The notes below the pieces were generated by a model, which saw nothing but the letters and a program-made list of their open reading frames with translations, made no database searches and had not been told where the DNA came from. Made by a program: the position numbers and the translations under genes. A stretch of 64,000 nucleotides of DNA, taken from contig JACOSX010000129.1 in the NCBI GenBank assembly GCA_016178625.1, forward strand, positions 3,898 through 67,897. The letters are read 5' to 3'. The DNA is from Ignavibacteria bacterium. GTDB lineage: Bacteria > Bacteroidota > Ignavibacteria > UBA10030 > SZUA-254. Positions 19,406 through 28,336 of this stretch are shown one piece after another (the first letter of the stretch is position 1; each line of letters begins with the position of its first letter).

Positions 19406-20863
19406 TTGTTGAGTGCCATTGAAGGACTGAAGCCTGAACTCGTGTGGAAGTACTTCGCCGAGATCGCACGCATCCCCCGATGCTCGAAGCATGAAGAGGC
19501 GATGACGAGATATGTCATTGAAACAGCTAAGCGGCTTGGTCTTGCAGCAAAGCAAGACACGTTTGGAAACGTTGTCGTGAAAAAACTTGCCTCCCGAGGA
19601 TACGAAAATCGACGGAGTGTCGCGTTGCAAGGACATCTCGACATGGTCTGCGAGAAGAACGCCGACAAGATGCACGACTTCTCCAAAGATCCAATCGAAC
19701 TCGTCCGTAAAGGAAACGTCATGATGGCAAACGGCACGACACTCGGCGCCGATAACGGCATCGCTGTTGCGACGAACCTTGCGATCATGGAAGATAGATC
19801 ACTCGAGCACGGTCCCCTCGAATTTCTCTTTACTGTCGATGAAGAAACCGGTCTGACGGGCGCTCATAATCTCCAGGGTGATTTCCTGGAGAGCAAGACA
19901 TTGCTTAATCTCGACTCTGAAGAGGAAGGATCGCTCTACGTGGGGTGTTCCGGTGGGAAAGACACCTTGGGCACGTGGAAGGTCGAGTTTGAGAAGGCGC
20001 CGGCAGAATCAACCGCTGCGCGTTTGAGTGTGAAGGGACTTCGCGGTGGGCATTCGGGATTAGAGATCGACAAAGGGCGCGGAAATGCGATCAAAATTCT
20101 CAACCGAGTATTAATCCGCTTGAGCGACCTTGGCGTGAGACTTTCGTTGGTCGAGGGAGGTAATAAGCGCAACGCCATCCCGAGGGAATGTGAAGCAGTT
20201 GTGTTCGTGCCGAGTAAGAAAATGAAGGAGGTGGAATCAGTCATTCGCCGGCTCAACGAAACACTTGGAGCAGAAATTTCTTCAGTCGATCCACAACTAC
20301 AGATCAGTTTGGCAGCGGATCCGAAGATGAAAAGGGGCAAAGTTATCAAGAAAGCCAAGCAAAAGGAAATTTCGCAGACGCTTGCCGCTCTCCCGCATGG
20401 GGTCTTGAAGATGAGCGCTGATATTCCCGGGCTCGTCGAGACATCGACGAATGTCGCCGTGATTGGCACGAAGAGAAATTCGGTTGAGATTGCGACAAGT
20501 CAGCGGAGTTCAGTCGCATCCGAGCTGATTGAAGCCGTAGAAACAGTGTGTTCAATCCTTGAACTTGGAGATGCCTCGGTTGAATACACCGATGGTTGTC
20601 CCGGATGGAAACCAAACCTTAGTTCTCCAATCTTGAAGATAGCCAAAGAGACCTACAAATCTCTGTATGGTAAGGAACCGGCAGTCAAAGCCATCCATGC
20701 GGGACTCGAGTGCGGCATCATTGGCGAAAAATTTACAGGCATGGACATGGTCTCATTCGGTCCGACACTGGAAGGTGTACACTCGCCCGATGAAAAGATT
20801 TACATCGACACGGTGGAAAAGTTTTACAATTTTCTGCTGGCGATACTGAAGAATGTAACGTAA
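19406..20863 (+). CDS. pepD: Aminoacyl-histidine dipeptidase (PepD, M20C)
   Basis: At 485 aa it has the PepD N-terminus LKPELVWKYFAEIARIPRCSKHEE and the metal-binding blocks GHLDMV and DNGIAVA. Confidence 0.75.
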   Translation: MLSAIEGLKPELVWKYFAEIARIPRCSKHEEAMTRYVIETAKRLGLAAKQDTFGNVVVKKLASRGYENRRSVALQGHLDMVCEKNADKMHDFSKDPIELVRKGNVMMANGTTLGADNGIAVATNLAIMEDRSLEHGPLEFLFTVDEETGLTGAHNLQGDFLESKTLLNLDSEEEGSLYVGCSGGKDTLGTWKVEFEKAPAESTAARLSVKGLRGGHSGLEIDKGRGNAIKILNRVLIRLSDLGVRLSLVEGGNKRNAIPRECEAVVFVPSKKMKEVESVIRRLNETLGAEISSVDPQLQISLAADPKMKRGKVIKKAKQKEISQTLAALPHGVLKMSADIPGLVETSTNVAVIGTKRNSVEIATSQRSSVASELIEAVETVCSILELGDASVEYTDGCPGWKPNLSSPILKIAKETYKSLYGKEPAVKAIHAGLECGIIGEKFTGMDMVSFGPTLEGVHSPDEKIYIDTVEKFYNFLLAILKNVT

Positions 20864-20870
20864 CACTGCA

Positions 20871-20920
20871 AGACCTCCGACTTCCTACCGGGGTTGATCC
20901 TAGCAAGAAGTCGGAGGTCT
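20871..20920 (+). repeat. Perfect 14-bp inverted repeat (agacctccgacttc / gaagtcggaggtct) with a 22-nt loop, directly after the pepD stop
   Basis: Seen directly in the sequence. No T-tract follows, so it is not a canonical terminator. Confidence 0.6.
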
Positions 20921-21033
20921 ACACGGCGTGGAGATTCTCCGCCTTTGCATCTTCCCCAATTTTTCTCTATTTTCCTCCCTAAGTTAAAATTTACTGGATA
21001 ATATTTAGGCACTCTGCGCCAAAGGCGCATCCG

Positions 21034-21088
21034 CTCGACGAGTCGTCCACGACCCGAAGGGTCGATAGACCCGTCGGGAGTCGTCGAC
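21034..21088 (+). repeat. Copy 2 of the dispersed GTCGATAGAC hairpin repeat family
   Basis: The sequence cgacgagtcgtccacgacccgaagggtcgatagacccgtcgggagtcgtcgac is near-identical to 808..860. The loop is flipped (gaa versus ttc) and the hairpin is retained. Confidence 0.6.
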
Positions 21089-21124
21089 CTCTGGCGGACA
21101 TCACTCCACTAAATTGAGAGACGC

Positions 21125-23275
21125 ATGTCAACATCTCCCGGAGTTCCTTCATCATCAAAAACGAGTTCTGCTCTCGAACATTTCAAGCCTTACATTCCTG
21201 CAAGCCAGTCACCTGCAGAGATGACCTTCCGAGCGCTCGTGCTCGGCTCGGTGCTTGGCATTGTGTTCGGCGCGGCGTCGGTGTATCTCGGACTTCGCGT
21301 TGGGCTAACAACCTCGGCGTCGATTCCCATCGCTGTCATGGCGATCACCATCTTGAAGAAGCTCCAAGGGAACACCGCGCTCGAAAACAACATCGTGCAG
21401 ACTGTTGGCTCCGCCGGGGAATCAATTGCCGCTGCCGTTGTGTTTACTATACCTGCTTTGATCTTTCTCGGCTTCCCTCTGAAGATGTCGATCACGCTTC
21501 TTATCGCATTGACGGGTGGTGTGCTCGGTGTATTGATGATGATTCCTCTCAGGCGCTATCTCATAGTCAAAGAACATGGCAACCTGAGATTCCCGGAAGG
21601 CACAGCATGTGCGGAGATCATTAAAGCGGGTGAAGTGGGTGGAACTTCAGCGGCGAAGATTTTCAAAGGCATCGGCATTGGCGCGCTCTGGAAAGGATTG
21701 CCGACACTGTTGGGGTTCTGGAAGCCAACCGTGGCTCAAGATATCGGATTTTATCGCGGCGCCTCGGTAGGGATGGATGTCGCACCGGAGTTAATGGGCG
21801 TCGGATACATCATCGGTTGGCAGACGTCCCTCATCATGGTCGGCGGCGGACTGATGGCATCGTTGATCATTTCGCCTATCATCGCTTTCATCGGGAAAAT
21901 TTCGACGCAGGCGATTTATCCAGGAACGGTTCCGATCAGCGAGATGAGCACATATGACATCTGGAGGTTCTACATCAAGTATATGGGAGCGGGGGCAGTT
22001 GCAACGGGCGGCATCGTCGGATTGATCAGAGCGTTTCCCGCAATCTGGGACTCGATCAGAGCGTCGATCAAACAACTCGCGGGTGAACGATTAAGCAATG
22101 ACCATACAGCGACGATTGAACGGACTGAGCGCGATACACCTATCACAATCGTCGGACTTGGGACGATAGCATTGATCGTGTTCATCTGGCTTGTGCCGAC
22201 GTTTCGTGTGAATATTCTCGGAGCAGCGCTCATTGTGATTTTTGGATTCCTCTTTTCCGTTGTCTCTGCGAGGATCACCGGGATTGTCGGTTCATCATCG
22301 AGTCCGCTTTCAGGCATGACGATCGCGGTGCTGATGGGGACATGTCTCATCTTTCTTGCGGTTGGCTGGAAGGGACAGGAGTATACGTACCTTGCGCTCG
22401 TTATCGGAGCCACGGTATGTATCGCTATCAGTAATGCCGGAACGACTGCGCAGGATTTGAAAACCGGACATCTGTTGGGATCCACACCAAAAGCACAGCA
22501 GTTTGCCTTACTGATCGGTGTCGTCACATCTGCGGCGGTTGTCGGTATCACTATGCTTCTCTTGAATGAAAGTCAGTCCAAGGAGATCGCGCTGCAGAAG
22601 CCCTTTACCCCGCCAACGATTTCCCTCCAGCGAGCGGAAGAGATGCAAGGAAAAGATGGCAAAACATATCTCTTGGCAAAGGTCGTCGGTGAGCAAGGAA
22701 TTGAGCCGGGCAACTATTTAGTTGATCCACAAACGAAGCAGGCGGTGCTGAGGCGGGTGGATGGTATCGGAGGACGTGAGCTTGCTGCGCCTCAATCAAA
22801 TTTGATGGCGGTCCTCATTGGCGGACTGCTTGAGCAAAAGCTCCCGTGGGATCTGATCATGATTGGGGCAAGCATTGCGATCTTTATGGAGCTCATCGGC
22901 TTCCATTCCCTCACGTTCGCGGTAGGTTTTTATCTTCCGCTGTCGTCGACATTTCCGATCTTCATCGGTGGTCTCGTGCGGAAGATCGCGGACAGGCGCT
23001 ACAAGCGAGAGCCGGATTCTACTGAGGAAAGTGAAGGCACGCTCTTCTCGTCAGGTCTCATCGCTGGTGGTGCGCTTCTCGGCATGCTCGGCGCGTTCCT
23101 GAACTTCATCCCGAACTTCATCGATGATACTACCGGGTTGCCTCTCGGCATGGCTGTCGGGTACAACTATCTGAGATTCTTGTGGGATTGGGATGTCGTT
23201 GCGGTGATGATGTTTACCATCCTTGGATATTTGTTGTTCAGAGGAGCGGCCGAAAACAAGACAAGCAAAGCCTGA
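21125..23275 (+). CDS. OPT-family oligopeptide transporter (second paralog)
   Basis: The 716-aa membrane protein shares the OPT N-terminal block (MTFRALVLGSVLGIVFGAASVYLGLRVGLTTSASIPIAVMAITIL) with the gene at 17250. Confidence 0.75.
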   Translation: MSTSPGVPSSSKTSSALEHFKPYIPASQSPAEMTFRALVLGSVLGIVFGAASVYLGLRVGLTTSASIPIAVMAITILKKLQGNTALENNIVQTVGSAGESIAAAVVFTIPALIFLGFPLKMSITLLIALTGGVLGVLMMIPLRRYLIVKEHGNLRFPEGTACAEIIKAGEVGGTSAAKIFKGIGIGALWKGLPTLLGFWKPTVAQDIGFYRGASVGMDVAPELMGVGYIIGWQTSLIMVGGGLMASLIISPIIAFIGKISTQAIYPGTVPISEMSTYDIWRFYIKYMGAGAVATGGIVGLIRAFPAIWDSIRASIKQLAGERLSNDHTATIERTERDTPITIVGLGTIALIVFIWLVPTFRVNILGAALIVIFGFLFSVVSARITGIVGSSSSPLSGMTIAVLMGTCLIFLAVGWKGQEYTYLALVIGATVCIAISNAGTTAQDLKTGHLLGSTPKAQQFALLIGVVTSAAVVGITMLLLNESQSKEIALQKPFTPPTISLQRAEEMQGKDGKTYLLAKVVGEQGIEPGNYLVDPQTKQAVLRRVDGIGGRELAAPQSNLMAVLIGGLLEQKLPWDLIMIGASIAIFMELIGFHSLTFAVGFYLPLSSTFPIFIGGLVRKIADRRYKREPDSTEESEGTLFSSGLIAGGALLGMLGAFLNFIPNFIDDTTGLPLGMAVGYNYLRFLWDWDVVAVMMFTILGYLLFRGAAENKTSKA

Positions 23276-23325
23276 GTTATTTCGAATTTCGAATTAAACG
23301 ATTCAAAAACTTATTGGGAGGAAGC

Positions 23326-23679
23326 ATGACAACAGAAGAACTGAAAAATAAAACGAAGAAAGTCGCTCTGCGAGTCATACGACTTACGGCAACGTTACCA
23401 AATAGCCGCGAAGCTGAAGTCATCGGTCGGCAGTTACTGCGATCTGGCACTTCGGTCGGGGCAAACTATCGATCTGCCTGCAAAGCTCGCTCAAAGGCGG
23501 ATTTCATCAGCAAGATTGGTATTGTTGAAGAGGAAGCGGATGAATCGTTATACTGGATGGAGTTACTCATGGATTCACAAATCGTCAAATCTGAACAGAT
23601 GATTCCGCTTCACGCAGAAATGAAAGAACTGACGGCGATCTTTACGGCATCTGGTCGGACCGCGAAGCGAAACCGGTAA
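23326..23679 (+). CDS. Four-helix-bundle protein (23S rRNA intervening-sequence protein / Avd-like family)
   Basis: ATG at 23326 follows gggagg; the ORF-track start at 23182 overlaps the upstream OPT gene. Family blocks are EVIGRQLLRSGTSVGANYRSACKARSKADFISKIGIVEEEADESLYWMELL. Confidence 0.65.
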   Translation: MTTEELKNKTKKVALRVIRLTATLPNSREAEVIGRQLLRSGTSVGANYRSACKARSKADFISKIGIVEEEADESLYWMELLMDSQIVKSEQMIPLHAEMKELTAIFTASGRTAKRNR

Positions 23680-23718
23680 TACAAAATTCACACTCCGCAA
23701 TTCGAGATTCGAAATCAC

Positions 23719-24681
23719 ATGGTGTCTGACTTACACTCCGCCGCCCTCATCGCTGTCCGCGACTGCATGGGCGTGAAGCCTGGAGAAAAGGTGCTCGTGG
23801 TAACCGATGAGCCGTTGCGTAAGATTGGCTATGCACTCTGGCGCGCAGCGAAGGATTTGGGAAACGAAGTCCTCTTTGTAGAAATCTTCCCACGCAAGAC
23901 CAACGGCGAAGAACCTCCGTTGGAGGTTGCCGAGTTAATGAAAATGGCCGACGTTGTTCTTGCGCCGACATCGAAGTCATTGACCCATACAGACTCGCGT
24001 CGGGCTGCAAGTGCGAGAGGCGCTCGTGTGGCGACGTTACCAGGCGTAACCGAAGAGATCATGATCCGATGTATGAACGCCGATTACCACCGGATCGCTG
24101 AACGAACCTTCCGGCTTTGTGAGATGTTAGAAAAGACGAAGACTGTTCGTGTCACTGCTCCACGAGGGACCGATGTCACTCTCCCGATTGAAGGTCGGCG
24201 CGCCTACGCAAGCTCCGGCTTATTTCATCAGAAGGGTGAATCAGGAAACCTGCCGACCGGCGAAGCCTATCTCGCACCACTCGAGGGAACGTCTAACGGC
24301 GTCGTGGCAGTCGATGGCTCGATGGCGATGATAGGCATGGTCAAGCAGCCTATCAAGATTGTAGTCCGTAATGGATACGCCGAGGAGATCACAGGCGGTG
24401 GGGAGGCTTACCGACTCACCAAATTGCTTGAACCACACGGAAGAGAGGGACGCACTGTAGCTGAGTTTGGCATCGGCACGAATGACAAAGCGATCCTTTC
24501 AGGCCTCATCCTTGAGGATGAAAAAGTGATGGGGACGATTCACATCGCCTTCGGTGATAACAAATCTATGGGAGGAACTGTGCGCGTTGCAAGCCATCTC
24601 GATGGATTGATTAGAGAGCCGACGGTATGGTTCGATGATCGGATCATTATGAAGGACGGAGCGTTCACTGTTTCAGTATGA
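23719..24681 (+). CDS. Aminopeptidase, probably M29/AmpS-like (COG2309)
   Basis: Blocks resembling the aminopeptidase T/AmpS family are present: LPTGEAYLAPLEGTSNGVVAVDGSMAMIG...VRNGYAEEITGGGEA...EFGIGTND. The family assignment rests on memory only. Confidence 0.45.
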   Translation: MVSDLHSAALIAVRDCMGVKPGEKVLVVTDEPLRKIGYALWRAAKDLGNEVLFVEIFPRKTNGEEPPLEVAELMKMADVVLAPTSKSLTHTDSRRAASARGARVATLPGVTEEIMIRCMNADYHRIAERTFRLCEMLEKTKTVRVTAPRGTDVTLPIEGRRAYASSGLFHQKGESGNLPTGEAYLAPLEGTSNGVVAVDGSMAMIGMVKQPIKIVVRNGYAEEITGGGEAYRLTKLLEPHGREGRTVAEFGIGTNDKAILSGLILEDEKVMGTIHIAFGDNKSMGGTVRVASHLDGLIREPTVWFDDRIIMKDGAFTVSV

Positions 24682-24741
24682 TCGAGTGATTTCGAATTGC
24701 GAATCTTGAATTGCGGATTGTAACGATTTCAGGGAGGATAC

Positions 24742-25104
24742 ATGACGCCAGAAGATATTAAGAGAACGTACGAAACAGGTTGCAGTGAAAGTTGTTCACC
24801 TTTCGGAGTCGCTGCCTCGAACTCGAGAAACGGAGGTTATCGGAAGACAATTGTTGCGATCGGCAACTTCCGTTGGCGCGAATTACCGGGCTGCCTGTAG
24901 GGCGAGATCAAAGGCGGATTTCATTAATAAGATCGGCATCGTCGAAGAGGAGGCGGACGAAACACTGCTGTGGCTTGAATTGATTATTGATGCAAAATTG
25001 CTTGATCGACATCGTGTGAAAGTCTTCTGACCGAAGTTTCAGAATTGACTGCGATATTTGCTGCATCGCGGATCACTGCTTCCAAACATCTGCGCAAATC
25101 GTAA
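24742..25104 (+). pseudogene. Second four-helix-bundle (23S IVS / Avd-like) paralog, disrupted by two frameshifts
   Basis: Homology to the 23326 gene runs MTPEDIKRTY in frame 1, then a 1-nt shift at about 24763-24770 into the ORF-track frame (RTKQVAVKVVHLSESLPRTRETEVIGRQLL...EEEADETLLWLELIIDAKLL). A second shift near 25025 is needed to recover the conserved C-terminus (EVSELTAIFAASRITASKHLRKS, stop at 25102-25104). Confidence 0.5.
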
Positions 25105-25139
25105 ATCGCAATTTGGCAATTGTAAATTGGCAATAGAAA

Positions 25140-25535
25140 ATGGCAAAGTATCTCCACCAGAAACACTTCACTCTCGATCAGGCGAGGCGCATGGTGTCCG
25201 GCATCAGTCATCTTGTCGAAGAAATTGTTACATTGAAGAAGAAGCTGGATGAGCGCGGGTTTGATGTCTACCGCCATCAATATTTTGGTGGAAGCGGTCC
25301 GAATGGTGAGCGATTTTTCCCGCCGGAATTGGAGCGACTCGTTGAAATTGCCAAACAACTCGATCGGAAAGGCATTGTCATCAAGGGGCTCGACGAAGGA
25401 TTAATCGATTTTCCTCATGTTCGGTCTAATGGGGAAGAAGTGTATTTGTGTTGGAAATTGGGCGAAAGCGAAATAAATTTCTGGCACCTCATCCCTGATG
25501 GATTTGTTGGACGTAAACCAGTGAGCGACTTGTAA
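25140..25535 (+). CDS. Conserved hypothetical protein, DUF2203-like
   Basis: At 131 aa it contains YFGGSGPNGERFFPPELERLVEIAKQLDRKGIVIKGLDEGLIDFPHV...GEEVYLCWKLGESEINFWH. This resembles DUF2203 as I recall it. Confidence 0.4.
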   Translation: MAKYLHQKHFTLDQARRMVSGISHLVEEIVTLKKKLDERGFDVYRHQYFGGSGPNGERFFPPELERLVEIAKQLDRKGIVIKGLDEGLIDFPHVRSNGEEVYLCWKLGESEINFWHLIPDGFVGRKPVSDL

Positions 25536-25603
25536 TCTATGCGGGGTTGAGTCGGTAGGGTCAAATCAATCGTATGTCTCATATGTAAAATCATCTCATA
25601 GCA

Positions 25604-26989
25604 ATGAAAAGAATATATCTCTATCTCATGTTAGGAGTCATCGTTCTGGGGACCGCAGGATACTTTTGGCTTGCAGGCTCCAACAACAACAACGTCAAGT
25701 ACCGTACAGAAAAAGTGTCCCGCGGTGACATCATCGTACAAGTTCGCGCGACCGGAACGATCAATCCTGTTCAAACAGTGCAAGTTGGCAGTCAGGTCTC
25801 AGGCATAATCTCCAGGATGTTTGTTGATTTTAATTCCGAGGTGAAGAAGGGTCAAATCATCGCTGTCATCGATTCGACATTCCTCTACGCTTCGGTAAAG
25901 GAAGCGGAAGCAAATCTTGAGCGAAACCAGGCGCAAGTGAATGAAGCGAAGCGAAGTCTCACTCGCACAGAAGAGTTGTTCAAGAAAGATCTCGTCTCGC
26001 AGGCTGACCTCGACGCTGCAAAAACTGCATACGAAAGTGCTCTTGCCCAGCTTAAGCAAACGCAAGCAGCCCTTGATAGAACTAAAGTCAATCTCCGGTA
26101 TGCCATTATCCGTGCACCTATTGATGGAGTTGTGATTTCTCGTGATGTGGATGTCGGGCAAACAGTTGCTGCAAGTCTGCAGACCCCCAAGCTCTTTTCT
26201 ATCGCGAACGACCTGAAGCGCATGCAGGTTGAAGCGAGTGTGGATGAGGCGGACATTGGACAAATCAAAGAGGGTCAGAGCGTTTCTTTCACTGTTGACG
26301 CGTATCCCTACGAACAGTTCCGAGGGAGTGTGACACAAGTTCGGCTTGCGCCGGTGAATGTGCAAAACGTTGTCACGTACACCGTCGTCATCGAGGTGCC
26401 GAATCCTGATCTCAAACTCCGCCCTGGGATGACGGCAACTGTATCAGTCCTCGTCGATAAAAAAGAAAATGTATTACGAGTGCCGACACTCGCGCTACGC
26501 TTTCAGCCACCGGCAGAAGTGATGGAGAAGTTGAAGGAGCAAAAGAATCAATCCGAACCTCCTCAAGCGACAGAACAACAGGGAGACAGCGGAAGAGCAG
26601 AGCAGCTGAAGAGAAGAGGTGAGTGGGAGAATCGGGGAAGCGGAGACGAGAAAAAGCAGCAGATCGGTGAAGGGGGACGTGAGCGATGGCGGGACCGGAT
26701 GGTGCAAGAGGGGGGACACCACGATAGCGAGATGACAACGCGACGTGATGTAAGAAAAACCGAGATAGCTCGCGTCTGGATTCTCGAAAATGGAAAAAAT
26801 CTGAAATCTATATCGGTTCACACGGGGCTTAATGACAATCGTTATGTTGAAGTAACCTGGGGCGAGTTGAAGGAAAGCGACGAGATTGTCCTCGGCACGA
26901 CGGGCGTTGAGACAGCTTCCGGACCGATGCAGCAAACAAATCCTTTCCAGCCACGTACGCCCGGCGGCGGGGGACGACGAGGTTTCTAA
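25604..26989 (+). CDS. Efflux-transporter periplasmic adaptor (membrane fusion protein, HlyD/MacA-like) with a roughly 90-aa charged low-complexity insertion
   Basis: An N-terminal TM anchor is followed by biotinyl-lipoyl-like and coiled-coil regions (VQVRATGTINPVQTVQVGSQVSGII...). A C-terminal beta-domain follows the E/R/G-rich stretch (...RGEWENRGSGDEKKQQIGEGGRERWRDRMVQEGGHHD...). Confidence 0.7.
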   Translation: MKRIYLYLMLGVIVLGTAGYFWLAGSNNNNVKYRTEKVSRGDIIVQVRATGTINPVQTVQVGSQVSGIISRMFVDFNSEVKKGQIIAVIDSTFLYASVKEAEANLERNQAQVNEAKRSLTRTEELFKKDLVSQADLDAAKTAYESALAQLKQTQAALDRTKVNLRYAIIRAPIDGVVISRDVDVGQTVAASLQTPKLFSIANDLKRMQVEASVDEADIGQIKEGQSVSFTVDAYPYEQFRGSVTQVRLAPVNVQNVVTYTVVIEVPNPDLKLRPGMTATVSVLVDKKENVLRVPTLALRFQPPAEVMEKLKEQKNQSEPPQATEQQGDSGRAEQLKRRGEWENRGSGDEKKQQIGEGGRERWRDRMVQEGGHHDSEMTTRRDVRKTEIARVWILENGKNLKSISVHTGLNDNRYVEVTWGELKESDEIVLGTTGVETASGPMQQTNPFQPRTPGGGGRRGF

Positions 26990-27017
26990 TGTCCATCGTT
27001 CCAATCTGAAATTAGCC

Positions 27018-28238
27018 ATGATGCGGTTTATCGAAATCCTTCGCATCGCATTCGATGCACTCTTGCGCAATAAGATGCGTTCCTTGCTCACGATGCTTGG
27101 TATCATCATTGGCGTTGGTGCAGTGATCGCTATGGTTGCTGTTGGAAAGGGTGCGCAAGTCTCTGTTGATGCGCAGATCAGCTCTCTTGGCACAAATGTC
27201 CTTCTGATCTTTCCCGGAACGACTACGCGAGGCGGCGTCATGGTAGGTGCCGGTTCGGGAACGTCGCTTACAGAAGAAGACGGTCAGGCAGTGAGGGAAC
27301 AATGTCCTGCCGTCGCGCATATTAGTCCGCTTCTGCGGTCAGGTGGTCAGGTGGTGTATGGTAATCTCAATTGGGGAACGAGCCTCCAGGGCGGTTCGCC
27401 GGATTACTTCGCGATCCGTGACTGGCGGATCGATGACGGCGATTTCTTCGGTGATCAGGATGTACGAGGCTCCACGAAAGTATGTTTGTTGGGACGAACC
27501 GTCGTCAAGCAACTTTTTGAATCTGACAATCCCATCGGACAAACCCTTCGTATCCGCAATATCCCTTTCAAGGTCGTTGGGACGTTGAAACCCAAGGGAC
27601 AGAACATGATGGGACAGGATCAGGACGATATCATCATCATTCCCTATACAACATTACAGAAGCGACTGATGGGCAACACGCGAAGCTGGGGTTACATTGT
27701 TTCCGCGGTGAGCAAGAGTCAGATTCTGGAGGCACAGCAGCAGATCACCGATCTTCTCCGAGTTCGCCACAAAACAGCACCGACGGAGGACAATGATTTT
27801 ACGATCCGTACTCAAACGGAAATTGCCGAAGCTTCCCAGTCAACATCGAAGATCATGACCACCCTTCTCGCGAGCATAGCGTCTGTTTCACTGATCGTTG
27901 GCGGGATCGGCATCATGAACATCATGCTTGTTTCGGTGACAGAACGGACACGAGAGATCGGCGTTCGCATGTCCATCGGTGCGCGAAAGCGTGACATCCT
28001 TACGCAGTTCTTGATGGAAGCGATTGTGTTGAGTTTGTTGGGAGGATGTATTGGGATTGCACTTGGTGTGGCGGGATCGAATCTTGTCTCAAGTCTTGCC
28101 GGGTGGCCCACGTTTGTCACCTCGGACTCGATCATTCTCGCTGTGTTTTTCTCGATGTTAGTCGGCGTGTTCTTCGGGTTCTACCCTGCACGCAAAGCTT
28201 CCCTGCTCAGTCCGATTGACGCGTTGAGGTATGAGTGA
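27018..28238 (+). CDS. ABC-transporter permease, MacB/FtsX family (permease only; no fused ATPase)
   Basis: The N-terminus is MMRFIEILRIAFDALLRNKMRSLLTMLGIIIGVGAVIAMVAVG; the start moves to the ATG at 27018 because the ORF-track start overlaps the MFP gene. A periplasmic domain and a C-terminal FtsX four-TM region (ASVSLIVGGIGIMNIMLVSVTERTREIG) follow. Confidence 0.75.
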   Translation: MMRFIEILRIAFDALLRNKMRSLLTMLGIIIGVGAVIAMVAVGKGAQVSVDAQISSLGTNVLLIFPGTTTRGGVMVGAGSGTSLTEEDGQAVREQCPAVAHISPLLRSGGQVVYGNLNWGTSLQGGSPDYFAIRDWRIDDGDFFGDQDVRGSTKVCLLGRTVVKQLFESDNPIGQTLRIRNIPFKVVGTLKPKGQNMMGQDQDDIIIIPYTTLQKRLMGNTRSWGYIVSAVSKSQILEAQQQITDLLRVRHKTAPTEDNDFTIRTQTEIAEASQSTSKIMTTLLASIASVSLIVGGIGIMNIMLVSVTERTREIGVRMSIGARKRDILTQFLMEAIVLSLLGGCIGIALGVAGSNLVSSLAGWPTFVTSDSIILAVFFSMLVGVFFGFYPARKASLLSPIDALRYE

Positions 28239-28336
28239 GTTCGTCTAATTCTTCTCCCCATTGAACTAGTGACGAAAAAGTCTTAGATTAACTGGAGTGG
28301 AAAATTAGTTCCTGAAAGTCTATCCAGTCTTGGCAA

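Noticed and set aside
23326-25104. Possibility that the Avd-like four-helix-bundle genes mark a diversity-generating retroelement
   Set aside because: No reverse transcriptase gene lies anywhere in the 64-kb window, and no obvious template/variable repeat pair was seen near the 4HB genes. I treat them as standalone 23S-IVS-family paralogs.
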